Assembly: GCA_900552495.1 (NCBI GenBank)
Contig: URZY01000003.1
Span: forward strand, 12,813 to 76,812
Direction: 5' to 3'
From: an uncultured Mycoplasmatota bacterium
GTDB lineage: Bacteria; Bacillota_I; Bacilli_A; RF39; UBA660
Length of the DNA: 64,000 nt
Part shown: in pieces, positions 1 through 9,108 of the stretch
Layout of the letters: the number at the start of each line of letters is the position of its first letter
How positions within the stretch are numbered: position 1 is the stretch's first letter
The notes under the pieces: generated by a model
The model's database searches: none
What the model saw: only the letters and a program-made list of their open reading frames with translations
What the model was told of the DNA's origin: nothing
Translations under genes and position numbers: made by a program

Positions 1-137
1 TCCAAAATATTAACATTATCATCAGTCACTGCCGTTCTTAAAGATTTTTCTTCATCTAAATCTAGGTAGCAACTATTTTTATTATTAGATATTTTTTTAT
101 TAAAATCGCCTTGGTAAATTTTTGGTAATTTTTTCAT
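1..137 (-). CDS. hypothetical protein, N-terminal fragment (gene continues past window start)
   Basis: ATG at 135-137 (minus) lies 6 nt after a GAGGAG Shine-Dalgarno. The open frame MKKLPKIYQGDFNKK... runs to position 1. Absent from the ORF track because it is truncated. Confidence 0.4.
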   Translation of the reverse strand, partial: MKKLPKIYQGDFNKKISNNKNSCYLDLDEEKSLRTAVTDDNVNIL

Positions 138-214
138 GTTTCTCTCCTCTATATATTTTATGTTTTTTTATTAATTTTAGTCAAAGAGTTACATACTAAT
201 ATTAGGTGATAAAA

Positions 215-1333
215 ATGAAAACAAAAATCAATGGGGATATCTTATGGTTTGTTGGGGCTTTCTTTATTATTAGTTTGATAGCTATTTCGTCGGCAGCAAT
301 ATATACTTCAAAAGACTTGGGAAATTTAGTTTTAAAACAAACTATTTGGTATTTTATAGGTGGACTCGTCATTCTTATTATATATAAATTGGGAAATAAG
401 TTTCTATATCAAGCAACTTGGGGGCTTTATATAATTGGGATTATTTCTTTAATTTTATTATTATTTTTGGGAAAGCCAATTAATAATAGTAGATGTTGGT
501 TTGTAATTCCTGGAATTGGAAGTGTTCAACCTAGTGAGTTTATGAAACTCTTTATAATGTTGGCTCTTGGAAATCTTATTTATCAGTTTCGAAAAGAAAA
601 GACTGCACCAACCATAAAGGAGGAATTTGTTTTTATTTTAAAAACGGGCTGTATTATTTTGATTCCAGCAATTTTAACTTTTTTACAGCCAGATACTGGG
701 GCAGTAATCATTTATTTGATTATATATATGGCAATGATGTTTTTATCTGGCATTCGAATTAGATGGTTTTTAATTGCCCTAGGTATTTGCTTATTGGGAG
801 TTTTTCTTGTTGGTGGTATTTATTTTTTTAATGAAGAGTTATTTGTACAAGTATTTGGAACTTCTTTCTACTATCGTTTGGAAAGATTATTTATGTGGAA
901 AGATGGTGTTGGTTTGCAATTAGAAAATGCTATTAGTGCAATTGGTTCAAGTGGATTGTTCGGATATGGTTTTAAGAAGACACCTATTTATTTTCCAGAA
1001 GCGGCTACTGATTTTATATTTGCAGTTTATGCGTCTAATTTTGGTCTAATTGGGGTTACTATATTATTAATATTATTTCTTTTATTTGATTATTACATTA
1101 TTAGTTTAATGAGAAAGAAAAACAATAATCAAAGTAAATATATCTTGGCTGGTATTTTAGGAATGCTTTTATTTCAACAGGTACAAAATATTGGAATGAC
1201 AATTGGACTATTACCAATTACCGGTATTACTTTACCTTTTATTTCTTATGGTGGTTCTAGTTTAATATCTTATATGATTATTATTGGCATCATTATTAAT
1301 ATTGCCTCTGAAAAAAATAAAAGTTATAAATAA
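215..1333 (+). CDS. SEDS-family peptidoglycan glycosyltransferase (FtsW/RodA/SpoVE type)
   Basis: Polytopic membrane protein with the C-terminal SEDS signature LPITGITLPFISYGGSS. The track start (GTG 206) sits inside the AGGTGA RBS, so ATG 215 is the more likely start. Confidence 0.85.
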   Translation: MKTKINGDILWFVGAFFIISLIAISSAAIYTSKDLGNLVLKQTIWYFIGGLVILIIYKLGNKFLYQATWGLYIIGIISLILLLFLGKPINNSRCWFVIPGIGSVQPSEFMKLFIMLALGNLIYQFRKEKTAPTIKEEFVFILKTGCIILIPAILTFLQPDTGAVIIYLIIYMAMMFLSGIRIRWFLIALGICLLGVFLVGGIYFFNEELFVQVFGTSFYYRLERLFMWKDGVGLQLENAISAIGSSGLFGYGFKKTPIYFPEAATDFIFAVYASNFGLIGVTILLILFLLFDYYIISLMRKKNNNQSKYILAGILGMLLFQQVQNIGMTIGLLPITGITLPFISYGGSSLISYMIIIGIIINIASEKNKSYK

Positions 1334-1334
1334 A

Positions 1335-1355
1335 AACAGAGTTATTAACTCTGTT
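1335..1355. terminator. bidirectional hairpin between convergent SEDS and prsW genes
   Basis: 9-bp stem AACAGAGTT/AACTCTGTT with a 3-nt loop, flanked by an A-run and a T-run. Overlaps the prsW stop codon. Confidence 0.6.
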
Positions 1356-2400
1356 TGGAACCACATTTACTGCAATACTCTCCAGTAACTAAAGCCCCAC
1401 AGTTGTGGCAATAACTTACTGATGGTGGAAATGTTGAACCAACATAACCGGCAGATTGATTATTACTTTGAACATATCCTAAATCCGGCGCTGGTTGGAT
1501 ATTATTTTGGGTATAATCTCGATTAGTGGTTTGAATATAGCCGCCATTATTGCTACTACCTAGTGGTGTTTGATTAACATTTGGTGGGAATGGAATAGCT
1601 TGAGGAGTGAACCCTTGTTGGGAAAGGTTATTTTGATAATCTTGATTTGATTTAATTTGTTGATTATTATTAATATTTTGGTTTAATGTTGGTTTCTGGT
1701 CTTTGGGTTGATTTTTTCCAGCTAGTTGTTTTATCTTTTTAATTGCTCCAATATACAAAAATACAACAAATACTAGGAATAAAACTATAAAAATGCCTTG
1801 GCCAGTAAATAAACAGAAGTCATAAATACCATGAAGAATTGTTGGAGCTAAAACACTTAAAATTAGATTTTTTCGTTCCAAATCTCTTTTTCCTTGATAG
1901 GAATATACTTTAGCAACACTAAGGTAATATCCCATAAATACTGCGTCGCAAGCATGACCGGGAACGGCTAGTATTCCTCTAGCAATACCTACTGTTACTG
2001 ATTGATTATTGAAAACATATAAAAGGTTTTCAAAAAAAGCAAATCCCAACGACACAAATACAGCATAGACAATACCATCATAGACTTCATCATAAGCTTT
2101 ATTTTTATAAGAAAACAAATATGACATAAAAAATTTACAAAATTCTTCTACTAATGACACACCAATAAAGGCATAGGCCATAACTTCAAAAAATGTCATA
2201 TGTTCAGTGCCATTTGCCATAAATGGAAAAATCATATAAACAAGATCGGAGATACCTAATACCATGAAACAAGATGCTATTCCCATTAAAAATAATAATA
2301 CTAATAAGCCCCCTGGTTCTTTATTTTTGTCTTTTCGATATATATATGTCAAAATGACAACCACTGGGATTATTGCTAAAAATAATAATACTAATTGCAT
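1345..2400 (-). CDS. prsW: PrsW-family intramembrane glutamic/metalloprotease with Q/N-rich linker and C-terminal zinc ribbon
   Basis: Multi-TM protein carrying the PrsW motifs EEFCKF (EExxK) and HGIYDF (HxxxD). The tail ends in CHNCG-x9-CSKCG. Confidence 0.7.
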   Translation of the reverse strand: MQLVLLFLAIIPVVVILTYIYRKDKNKEPGGLLVLLFLMGIASCFMVLGISDLVYMIFPFMANGTEHMTFFEVMAYAFIGVSLVEEFCKFFMSYLFSYKNKAYDEVYDGIVYAVFVSLGFAFFENLLYVFNNQSVTVGIARGILAVPGHACDAVFMGYYLSVAKVYSYQGKRDLERKNLILSVLAPTILHGIYDFCLFTGQGIFIVLFLVFVVFLYIGAIKKIKQLAGKNQPKDQKPTLNQNINNNQQIKSNQDYQNNLSQQGFTPQAIPFPPNVNQTPLGSSNNGGYIQTTNRDYTQNNIQPAPDLGYVQSNNQSAGYVGSTFPPSVSYCHNCGALVTGEYCSKCGSKQS

Positions 2401-2493
2401 AGTATCACTCCTATCTTTATGTTTAGTATACCATGAATAGTTTTTTGTATAAGGCAGTTTTTGGCTTTTTTATATTTAGTGGTGTAAATTTGA

Positions 2494-2523
2494 CAAAAAG
2501 AAAACCTTGGTTATCCAAGGTTT
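2494..2523 (-). terminator. rho-independent terminator downstream of tRNA-Ala
   Basis: Minus strand reads AAACCTTGG-ATAA-CCAAGGTTT followed by TCTTTTTGT. Confidence 0.75.
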
Positions 2524-2534
2524 AAAATTCAATA

Positions 2535-2610
2535 TGGTGGAGCATAGCGGGATCGAACCGCTGACCTCCACGGTGCAAACGTGGCGCTCTCCCAGCTGAG
2601 CTAATGCCCC
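2535..2610 (-). tRNA. tRNA-Ala (anticodon UGC)
   Basis: Reverse complement is GGGGCATTAGCTCAGCTGGGAGAGCGCCACGTTTGCACCGTGGAGGTCAGCGGTTCGATCCCGCTATGCTCCACCA. It has a cloverleaf, the G3:U70 Ala identity pair and an encoded CCA. Confidence 0.95.
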
Positions 2611-2643
2611 ATAACTAACCGTTTTCTCGCAGTCAGTAATTAG

Positions 2644-2672
2644 ATTTTAGCATAGGCAATTTTTATTGTCAA
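2644..2672 (-). promoter_or_regulatory. sigma-A type promoter for tRNA-Ala
   Basis: Minus strand has TTGACA, a 17-nt spacer, then TAAAAT, about 35 nt upstream of the tRNA 5' end. Confidence 0.6.
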
Positions 2673-2680
2673 CATCTTTT

Positions 2681-3433
2681 TTATATTTTTTTATATTTTT
2701 TGGTAAGATAATCATTTTCAAGATAGTATTCACTACCCTCTCTGATTAAATGACGGTTATTTCTATAGAAATGATCTTTATTAGTAATAAGTTTACTCTT
2801 ATTGAAAGTGTAACTATTTAAGTATCTTTCTAACAAAAATTTTTCATAGGATAGATTTATCTTTTCTTTTTCTTTTTTTATTTTCAATAGTAAAAAAGAT
2901 GTTATTAGTAAAACATTTAACTTTAAATTGGAAAGATTAAGTAAAAAATAACCAAGGGTAACTAGATAACTAATTCTAATTGTAATAATGAGACTTAATT
3001 TATAAGGAAATGCTTGGGTTAGAAAAAGATTTAGTAACCTTCCGCCATCAAGGGGACAAATTGGTAATAAATTAAAAAATAATATTCCATAATGATAAGC
3101 TGCAAAAATATTATGGTATTGTGGAAATATTGATATTAATAAACAATATGTTCCTATTTGAAATAGCGGTCCTGCTATCAATATTAAAAATTCCTTTAAT
3201 GGTTTTTCATTTAAAGCCATATCGAATTTAGAAATTCCGCCGAGCGGATATATATAAATTTTATCAACTTCTATGTGGAATAATATAGCAACTAGAAAGT
3301 GACCTAGTTCATGGCAAATAATTAATGTTGAGATTGTAAGAAATGGAATAAATGAAGCTGTAAGAATGGCTATAATTGCAAAAAAGTAAACTAATGGATT
3401 TATTTCTAAATATTTAGATATAATCCTTATAAT
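2681..3433 (-). CDS. M50 site-2 metalloprotease (SpoIVFB-like); start codon unresolved
   Basis: The track ORF starts at ATG 3220. The same frame stays open up to 3433 and encodes the catalytic HELGH (3299-3313) and the YPLGG motif (3236-3250). No ATG/GTG/TTG exists upstream of HELGH in that frame. Confidence 0.65.
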   Translation of the reverse strand: MIRIISKYLEINPLVYFFAIIAILTASFIPFLTISTLIICHELGHFLVAILFHIEVDKIYIYPLGGISKFDMALNEKPLKEFLILIAGPLFQIGTYCLLISIFPQYHNIFAAYHYGILFFNLLPICPLDGGRLLNLFLTQAFPYKLSLIITIRISYLVTLGYFLLNLSNLKLNVLLITSFLLLKIKKEKEKINLSYEKFLLERYLNSYTFNKSKLITNKDHFYRNNRHLIREGSEYYLENDYLTKKYKKI

Positions 3434-3986
3434 TTAAAGCTTGACCATCTTTTTGAAATACTAAATACAATTTCTTTGATTTAGCTTCGCCAAGGTAATC
3501 ACCTTTTTCGATATAGTCATATAGTTTTATATTAGATGTTTCAATATTTGAATAGAAGACATCTACTCCATTAGTTTGCTCTAAAATAATAGTTTGACCA
3601 TAATCTTCTTTTTCGCCAATAAAAATTACTATTCCACTTTCTAAGGCGGGAACCATGTACTTATCAGCAACAGTTAACGCTACACCATCTTTATAAGCAT
3701 GCTTTTCTTTATATTCAATTTTTTCATTAAAAACAGGAACATCATCATATAATAGTTTATCTAATGATATAATATCTCCAAAATATTTTTTATATAATTC
3801 TTTAGCTTGTGTAAATTTCAAACTATTTTCATAAACATTTTTTTCAATAAAAACCTTATTTTTGGGATTTTGTTTTATTAAAATCATTCCTATTAAAAAA
3901 ATTAAAATAGTAAGTAAAACCCTAGTAAGAGCAGTTCTTATTTTTTTCTTTAGTGTTAGTTTTTTCTTTAGAACTTTGTTTGGCAT
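3414..3986 (-). CDS. membrane-anchored LytM/M23-like protein (SpoIVFA-like position)
   Basis: N-terminal TM segment and a C-terminal beta-rich LytM-like region (GDYLGEA...YLVFQKDGQ). It lies directly upstream of the M50 protease and overlaps it, as spoIVFA-spoIVFB do. Confidence 0.45.
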   Translation of the reverse strand: MPNKVLKKKLTLKKKIRTALTRVLLTILIFLIGMILIKQNPKNKVFIEKNVYENSLKFTQAKELYKKYFGDIISLDKLLYDDVPVFNEKIEYKEKHAYKDGVALTVADKYMVPALESGIVIFIGEKEDYGQTIILEQTNGVDVFYSNIETSNIKLYDYIEKGDYLGEAKSKKLYLVFQKDGQALNYKDYI

Positions 3987-4027
3987 ATTTTTCTCCTTTG
4001 TATAAAAATATGCAAGGTGGCGAAAGA

Positions 4028-4498
4028 TTATGCTTTTTTTATTTTTTCAAATGATAAATAGATTATTTCAGCATAGATAATATTTAAAATAAGTGAGTGA
4101 CTTATCTTATAGGTTAATCGACTGATGTCTAAAGGGATTATTTGAAATAGAAAAAGCGTTGAAGCAGTTAAAAGTTCAAAACTAGCAATTATTAGTGGAA
4201 TAAAAAAAAGTATTTTTACTTTAGTAATTTTAAAATACTTATAGATATACTTTGAAAGAACCCCAATAACACTAAATATTATTAGATGAAACAAGAAAAG
4301 ATTAGTATAAAGCATATCATATATTAGACCGGTTAGAGCAATTAGAATAAAGTAGGTTCTTTCATTTTTTTTGTAAAAATTATAAATTAAAAATATATTA
4401 GAAATTGTAATTAGCGGGATAAAAAACGAAGTATTGGGAATACAACTTGTTAGCAAACCGTCTAATAGAAGTCCAATTATTAATAAGATGATAATCAT
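4028..4498 (-). CDS. mreD: rod shape-determining protein MreD
   Basis: 156-aa protein with 5 TM segments, immediately downstream of mreC with a 4-nt overlap. Confidence 0.7.
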   Translation of the reverse strand: MIIILLIIGLLLDGLLTSCIPNTSFFIPLITISNIFLIYNFYKKNERTYFILIALTGLIYDMLYTNLFLFHLIIFSVIGVLSKYIYKYFKITKVKILFFIPLIIASFELLTASTLFLFQIIPLDISRLTYKISHSLILNIIYAEIIYLSFEKIKKA

Positions 4499-5283
4499 TT
4501 CTTTTCCTCCTCTAATAAGACCGTAACATAGTGAATATTATTGTAATCTTGTTTTGGAGAAACATAAACAATTTGACTTAAATTATATTTATCTGTTTCT
4601 GTTTTTACGACTGTGCCAATAAAGATTCCTTGCGGCATTTGTCCTAACCCACTGGTTAAAACAACATCACCCTTATTTATCTTGGTATTTTTATCAATGG
4701 CTGAAACTTTTAAGAGATTATTTTTTTCATCATAACCATTGAGAATTGCGTAGTGATCTTTATTGTCAATTCTTATAACGACACTTGTTTTATATGTAAC
4801 GTCTGAGGTTGTCAGTAGTTTTACTTCACTCGTCTTATTGGTGGTTTTGCTTATTTTACCAATTAAGCCATTTTTGGTAATAACTGCCATATCCTTTTTT
4901 ATGCCATCACTCTTGCCTTTATCAATAGTAATAGAATTAAACCAATAAGAACTATTTCTAGAAATTATTGAAGCATTAGTTGTAGTATACTCTGTTAAAG
5001 TGGAATTTAAGTCGAGTAATTCTTTTAATTCCTGAATTTCCTTTTCTAATGAGGCATTGATGTTTTTCTGAATAAGATAACTTTCTGACTGATCGGTTTG
5101 TTCTTCTTCTGAAATTGCCGCTACTGGAGCAACCAATAATTTATTTATATTTGATAAATAGTCTTTGAGATGGATTTCAAAAGGAAAATAGTCTCTATTT
5201 AATTTTAAAGATAGTGTCAGCGTACTTAATAACAAAACAAAAACTAATATTTTTTTAATGATATTTTTGTGTTTCTTTTTCAT
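4495..5283 (-). CDS. mreC: rod shape-determining protein MreC
   Basis: N-terminal TM, coiled coil (EIQELKELLDLN) and the C-terminal motif VVLTSGLGQMPQGIFIGTV. Confidence 0.85.
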   Translation of the reverse strand: MKKKHKNIIKKILVFVLLLSTLTLSLKLNRDYFPFEIHLKDYLSNINKLLVAPVAAISEEEQTDQSESYLIQKNINASLEKEIQELKELLDLNSTLTEYTTTNASIISRNSSYWFNSITIDKGKSDGIKKDMAVITKNGLIGKISKTTNKTSEVKLLTTSDVTYKTSVVIRIDNKDHYAILNGYDEKNNLLKVSAIDKNTKINKGDVVLTSGLGQMPQGIFIGTVVKTETDKYNLSQIVYVSPKQDYNNIHYVTVLLEEEKK

Positions 5284-5981
5284 AATAACTCCTTTACTTT
5301 GGTTGATTTTCTTTCATAAAAACTATAGTAATTATCTTTTCCAATAATTAAATGATCAACTACTGGAATTCCTTGGATTTGACCAATTTTCATTATTTGG
5401 TTTGTGAAATCAATATCGGCGTTACTTGGTGTTGTATCATTTGACGGATGATTATGAAGACAAATTATGTAAGCTGCGCTCAAGAGATAAGCTTCTTTAA
5501 AAACTTCACGTGGGTGAACAACACTTTCATTAATAGTGCCAATAAAAAGCAACTTTTTAGAAATTAATTGTCTCTTTGTATTAAAATATAATGCATAAAA
5601 ATATTCTTGATTTTTACTAATAAATAAATTACGAAGAGCAAGATAAATCTTTTGGGGATTTCCTAGTTCTATTAATTCTTGACTAATAGGGAGAAAGATT
5701 CTTCTTCCTAATTCAATTGTTGCGAGTAGTTCTATTGCTTTTACCTCTCCTATTCCTTTTATTTGAATAAGACTATTGAAAGTTATATTTTTAAAGTTTT
5801 GAAGAGAATTATTTTTTAGTATTTCTGTCGATAAATCCTTTACATTTTTATTTTTAGTACCTGTTTTTAAAATAATTGCTAATAACTCGGCATCACTTAA
5901 ATATGTAGGTCCGACTTGTTTTAGTCTTTCTCTTGGGCGTTCTCCAAAGGGAATCTCTTTTATTTTGTACATCTTACCCAC
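5280..5981 (-). CDS. radC: RadC-family JAB-domain protein
   Basis: N-terminal ERPRERL, an HhH segment (IKGIGEVKAIELL) and the JAB motif HNHPSNDTTPS. Confidence 0.9.
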   Translation of the reverse strand: MGKMYKIKEIPFGERPRERLKQVGPTYLSDAELLAIILKTGTKNKNVKDLSTEILKNNSLQNFKNITFNSLIQIKGIGEVKAIELLATIELGRRIFLPISQELIELGNPQKIYLALRNLFISKNQEYFYALYFNTKRQLISKKLLFIGTINESVVHPREVFKEAYLLSAAYIICLHNHPSNDTTPSNADIDFTNQIMKIGQIQGIPVVDHLIIGKDNYYSFYERKSTKVKELL

Positions 5982-6016
5982 CTCAATAGTATTATTAACT
6001 AAAAGATTGATAATTC

Positions 6017-6478
6017 TTACTGTTTTTTAATAATTTCTTCATATGAAGCTAAAACAACTTCTTCAATAGTAAGAATTTCATCCTTAGTAGTTGCTGAATT
6101 TAGCAGTAAATCGAATTGAGTAACATTACTTTCAAATTCTGGATTATTAAGCTTTACTTCTTTGATATAAATTTGATACCCATCTTCTTCATAAAGCGAT
6201 TTCAGTTTTTTGGCAATTGTTTCTGATTTAGTTATGCCGAGGTAGACATAATATTTTGAGTTTTCTTCATTGACTAATTTAACATTTAGATTTTTTGTAT
6301 TCTCCTCGAGAATTGTTTTTGAGGTATAGGATCCCTCCTGAATAAAATAATAAGTGGTTCCGTCAGCAAAAACATTGGCAAGAGAAAGATTCGTCGCATA
6401 GATTTTACCTCCCACGACGAGCCCTAATAGGAGAATTGCAAGACCTAATACTATTTGTTTTTTCATTATTATCACCAA
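6017..6478 (-). CDS. membrane-anchored protein with SPOR-like domain
   Basis: N-terminal TM. The segment YYFIQEGSYTS...YYVYLGITKSETIAKKLKSLY follows a SPOR-like pattern. Confidence 0.35.
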   Translation of the reverse strand: MVIIMKKQIVLGLAILLLGLVVGGKIYATNLSLANVFADGTTYYFIQEGSYTSKTILEENTKNLNVKLVNEENSKYYVYLGITKSETIAKKLKSLYEEDGYQIYIKEVKLNNPEFESNVTQFDLLLNSATTKDEILTIEEVVLASYEEIIKKQ

Positions 6479-6540
6479 GTATATAATAACTGAACTCTTA
6501 GAAGATTTTTGTCGATAATATGACTAAGTTGATAATTTGG

Positions 6541-6570
6541 CATAAAAAAAGATCCATTAATGGATCTTTT
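6541..6570 (-). terminator. rho-independent terminator after the 809-aa membrane protein gene
   Basis: 10-bp stem AAAAGATCCA/TGGATCTTTT with a 4-nt loop, followed by a T-run on the minus strand. Confidence 0.7.
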
Positions 6571-8998
6571 ATTTTTTTATAACTAAATTACGCCCACAGT
6601 TTTTGCAGAAATTACCTTTTTGCTTATTAGGTGTTCCGCATGATGGACAAAAATTTCCGACGCTATTTTCTTTATTTGGCACTGTTTCTTTCTTAACCTC
6701 TTGAAGCTTTTTAGGGATAACTGGCTCTGCTAAAATAATATTTTCGCGAATGGAAGTGATTGGTTGTTTTTTCTTTACTTGATTTTCTAAATTTATCTTT
6801 TCCCTTGAGGTAACTGAAGGGGTGATAATTTTCTTATCTTTATTTAGTTCCTTATATGTAGCGAAGATAATGATACTTAAACCTACTAATAGTAAATATA
6901 TCCAAAAAGGAATAATTCCCCAATAATCCCATAATTGAGTAATAATATTTATGATTAAAATAACAATACTGGTGTAAAAAAGCCTTTTATATTCAGAATC
7001 ATTAAAGATCACAAAAATTATTATTAACGCAAGGAGCCCGATATAAATTCCTACTTCTAGGTAACCACTAAAAATAATTGTGGCGGTAAAGAAGGAATAG
7101 AAAACGGTGGCGAGTATATCTTTAGATTTTTTATCGTTGATTAGATATTTTATGATTAGGAATATAACATATAGTATTAAAATATTAATGGCTATAATTT
7201 TGTATACATAATATCTATAATCTAAGTTTTGAATGATACTTAATAATGGTATAGTAAATGATAAATAATTTATTATACTTAGCCTTTTCTCTTTAATTGT
7301 CATTGTTAAAAGACCAAATACTAAAAGAATCAAGATATTAGCATATAAGCTTGGTAACAATGTATGAGCTAAAATATGTAAATTTAAGAGAATAAAAATA
7401 TAGACAAAAACTTTAGCTGGTATCGCTTTAGAACGTAGGAAAATATATAGACTCTCAAGAACTAAAATAATACTAGCAACTACGTTTAAGGCGTCAATGT
7501 TAATTAAAAAACTTAAAATAGTAGCAATGATGATATAAATTAAATAGTATTCTTTAACTTTCTTAGATTTAAAAATACAATCGATTATTGTATATATAAG
7601 TCCACAAGTAATTAGATTAAAGATAGCAGGAATTTCAAAGTAAGTCTTTGAGATAAAATTTAAAAGAGCAGTAACAAAATAGAATATTATAATTGGTTGA
7701 TAGAAGAAATCAACTTTATTATCTTCTTTAATTAAATTCAAACTACCAATAGCGCTTATTATTAGGTAAATGAAGGTTACGACAACGCCTTCTAGAGTAT
7801 TAGCAAATAAATAGTAACTAACAATTATAAACGATACTAAATGGTAAAGCACTTGGCAAGTAACATTTAATGCTTTGTCTTTAGCCAATGGTGTATATTT
7901 TGTGATGCTTACAATAATTGAAATAGTCATAAAAGTTATTAGCATTGCATTGGCATCATCTGGAATAGCAATTCCTAAAGATAAAATTATTAAAATAAAG
8001 CTGATGATTCCGGTAGCCACGCTATCAAGGGCAGATGATGTTTTTGTTGCTTGAAGTAACATATCTAAAATATTAATAATACATGTAATAATAAGTAATA
8101 TTAAATTAGAATCAAAACTGTTCATTATAATAAGTGGAAAATACATGTATGTTATTAGTAAAGAGAACTTTTCAAAGGATGTCTTCTTTGGTTTGCAAAA
8201 AATATTTATTAGAAAAGTTACTGAGGTCATTATTAGTAAAATTGCCATGGCTGGGATAGATGCAAAGCTCAAATACATAAATATAGCTAAGTAACTACTG
8301 GTATGGGCTAAATATTTGCATTCATGGTCTTTAAATTTATAAGCGACTAAATAAAAGGCAGTAGCTATTAGGGTGTAGGTAATAGCATAAACGAGATTGC
8401 TCCCCTCGCCCGCATAACTAAACCATGTTGAATATGGGGCAAAATAACCAATGCCAATAAATGTTAAAACTAAAAAAGCTAAACCTAACATGAAATATCC
8501 TTTAGTTGTTGACTCTATTTTTAGTACTTTTTCAGAGAAAACCGATAAGCCTAAGAATAATACTCCCATAATGATTAAGAAAAGCAGTTTGATGGGATCT
8601 GTTATGAATTCCCAACTTGTTGTCGCAAATAGAATTCCAGATATCAAGACCATAACTAGCCCGATTTTTAGAAGAATATCAATTCTTTTAGAATCGGCAG
8701 AGATGTTATCTTTAGGTGGTGAGTTAGTGCTATTGGGCTTAGCTGAGGAAATTTCGTCAAATGAAATAAACAATAAAACAGCGGCTAATTGATTAAAGAT
8801 AATTGAGATTATAGCGATAATTAATAATATTGTTCTTTTTCTCTGTAAATCCTCAAGGGATAGTAAACTATTAGCTAGAAGAATAATTCCGATTGCTAGT
8901 AATGGAATAGCTAAAGCAGGTAAAAATGAGATAAAAAATAGAGAGAATATTGTATATGTATATCCTGAAACTTTAATTAAATTATTGGCATTTGTCAT
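6569..8998 (-). CDS. large polytopic membrane protein (more than 20 predicted TM segments) with C-terminal double-CxxC zinc ribbon
   Basis: 809 aa, almost entirely hydrophobic helices. The cytoplasmic tail ends in CPSCG-x10-CKNCG. Confidence 0.6.
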   Translation of the reverse strand: MTNANNLIKVSGYTYTIFSLFFISFLPALAIPLLAIGIILLANSLLSLEDLQRKRTILLIIAIISIIFNQLAAVLLFISFDEISSAKPNSTNSPPKDNISADSKRIDILLKIGLVMVLISGILFATTSWEFITDPIKLLFLIIMGVLFLGLSVFSEKVLKIESTTKGYFMLGLAFLVLTFIGIGYFAPYSTWFSYAGEGSNLVYAITYTLIATAFYLVAYKFKDHECKYLAHTSSYLAIFMYLSFASIPAMAILLIMTSVTFLINIFCKPKKTSFEKFSLLITYMYFPLIIMNSFDSNLILLIITCIINILDMLLQATKTSSALDSVATGIISFILIILSLGIAIPDDANAMLITFMTISIIVSITKYTPLAKDKALNVTCQVLYHLVSFIIVSYYLFANTLEGVVVTFIYLIISAIGSLNLIKEDNKVDFFYQPIIIFYFVTALLNFISKTYFEIPAIFNLITCGLIYTIIDCIFKSKKVKEYYLIYIIIATILSFLINIDALNVVASIILVLESLYIFLRSKAIPAKVFVYIFILLNLHILAHTLLPSLYANILILLVFGLLTMTIKEKRLSIINYLSFTIPLLSIIQNLDYRYYVYKIIAINILILYVIFLIIKYLINDKKSKDILATVFYSFFTATIIFSGYLEVGIYIGLLALIIIFVIFNDSEYKRLFYTSIVILIINIITQLWDYWGIIPFWIYLLLVGLSIIIFATYKELNKDKKIITPSVTSREKINLENQVKKKQPITSIRENIILAEPVIPKKLQEVKKETVPNKENSVGNFCPSCGTPNKQKGNFCKNCGRNLVIKK

Positions 8999-9060
8999 AA
9001 TAGGCCTCCTTACTATATTTAAGTATAATATATTTAGTTAGTTATGTCTATTAGTAGATC

Positions 9061-9102
9061 AAAAAAAGATAAGTTCTAGACTGTTAAAGTGCACTTATCT
9101 TT
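9061..9102 (-). terminator. rho-independent terminator of valS
   Basis: Minus strand has stem AAAGATAAGT/ACTTATCTTT followed by TTTTTGA, directly after the valS stop. Confidence 0.6.
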
Positions 9103-9108
9103 TTGCGA

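Noticed and set aside
4763-4948. Short antisense or alternate-frame ORFs inside long genes, such as 4763-4948, 8451-8792, 10242-10436, 10694-10942, 15235-15420, 16774-17028, 18360-18605, 18914-19237, 24104-24406, 25670-26002, 26638-26832, 28200-28391, 29414-29950, 33299-33577, 34451-34804, 35963-36208, 36530-37034, 42196-42492, 42835-43269, 44390-45476, 45708-46812, 48035-48557, 49778-50200, 50561-50755, 51559-51798, 52234-52431, 53438-53704, 54768-54953, 57514-57702, 58717-58917, 59342-59578, 61249-61485 and 61876-62154
   Set aside because: Each is fully embedded in, or mostly overlaps, a longer ORF with clear family motifs. Their low-complexity, Leu/Ser/Phe-rich composition is typical of antisense reading of AT-rich genes, and none has a convincing RBS.
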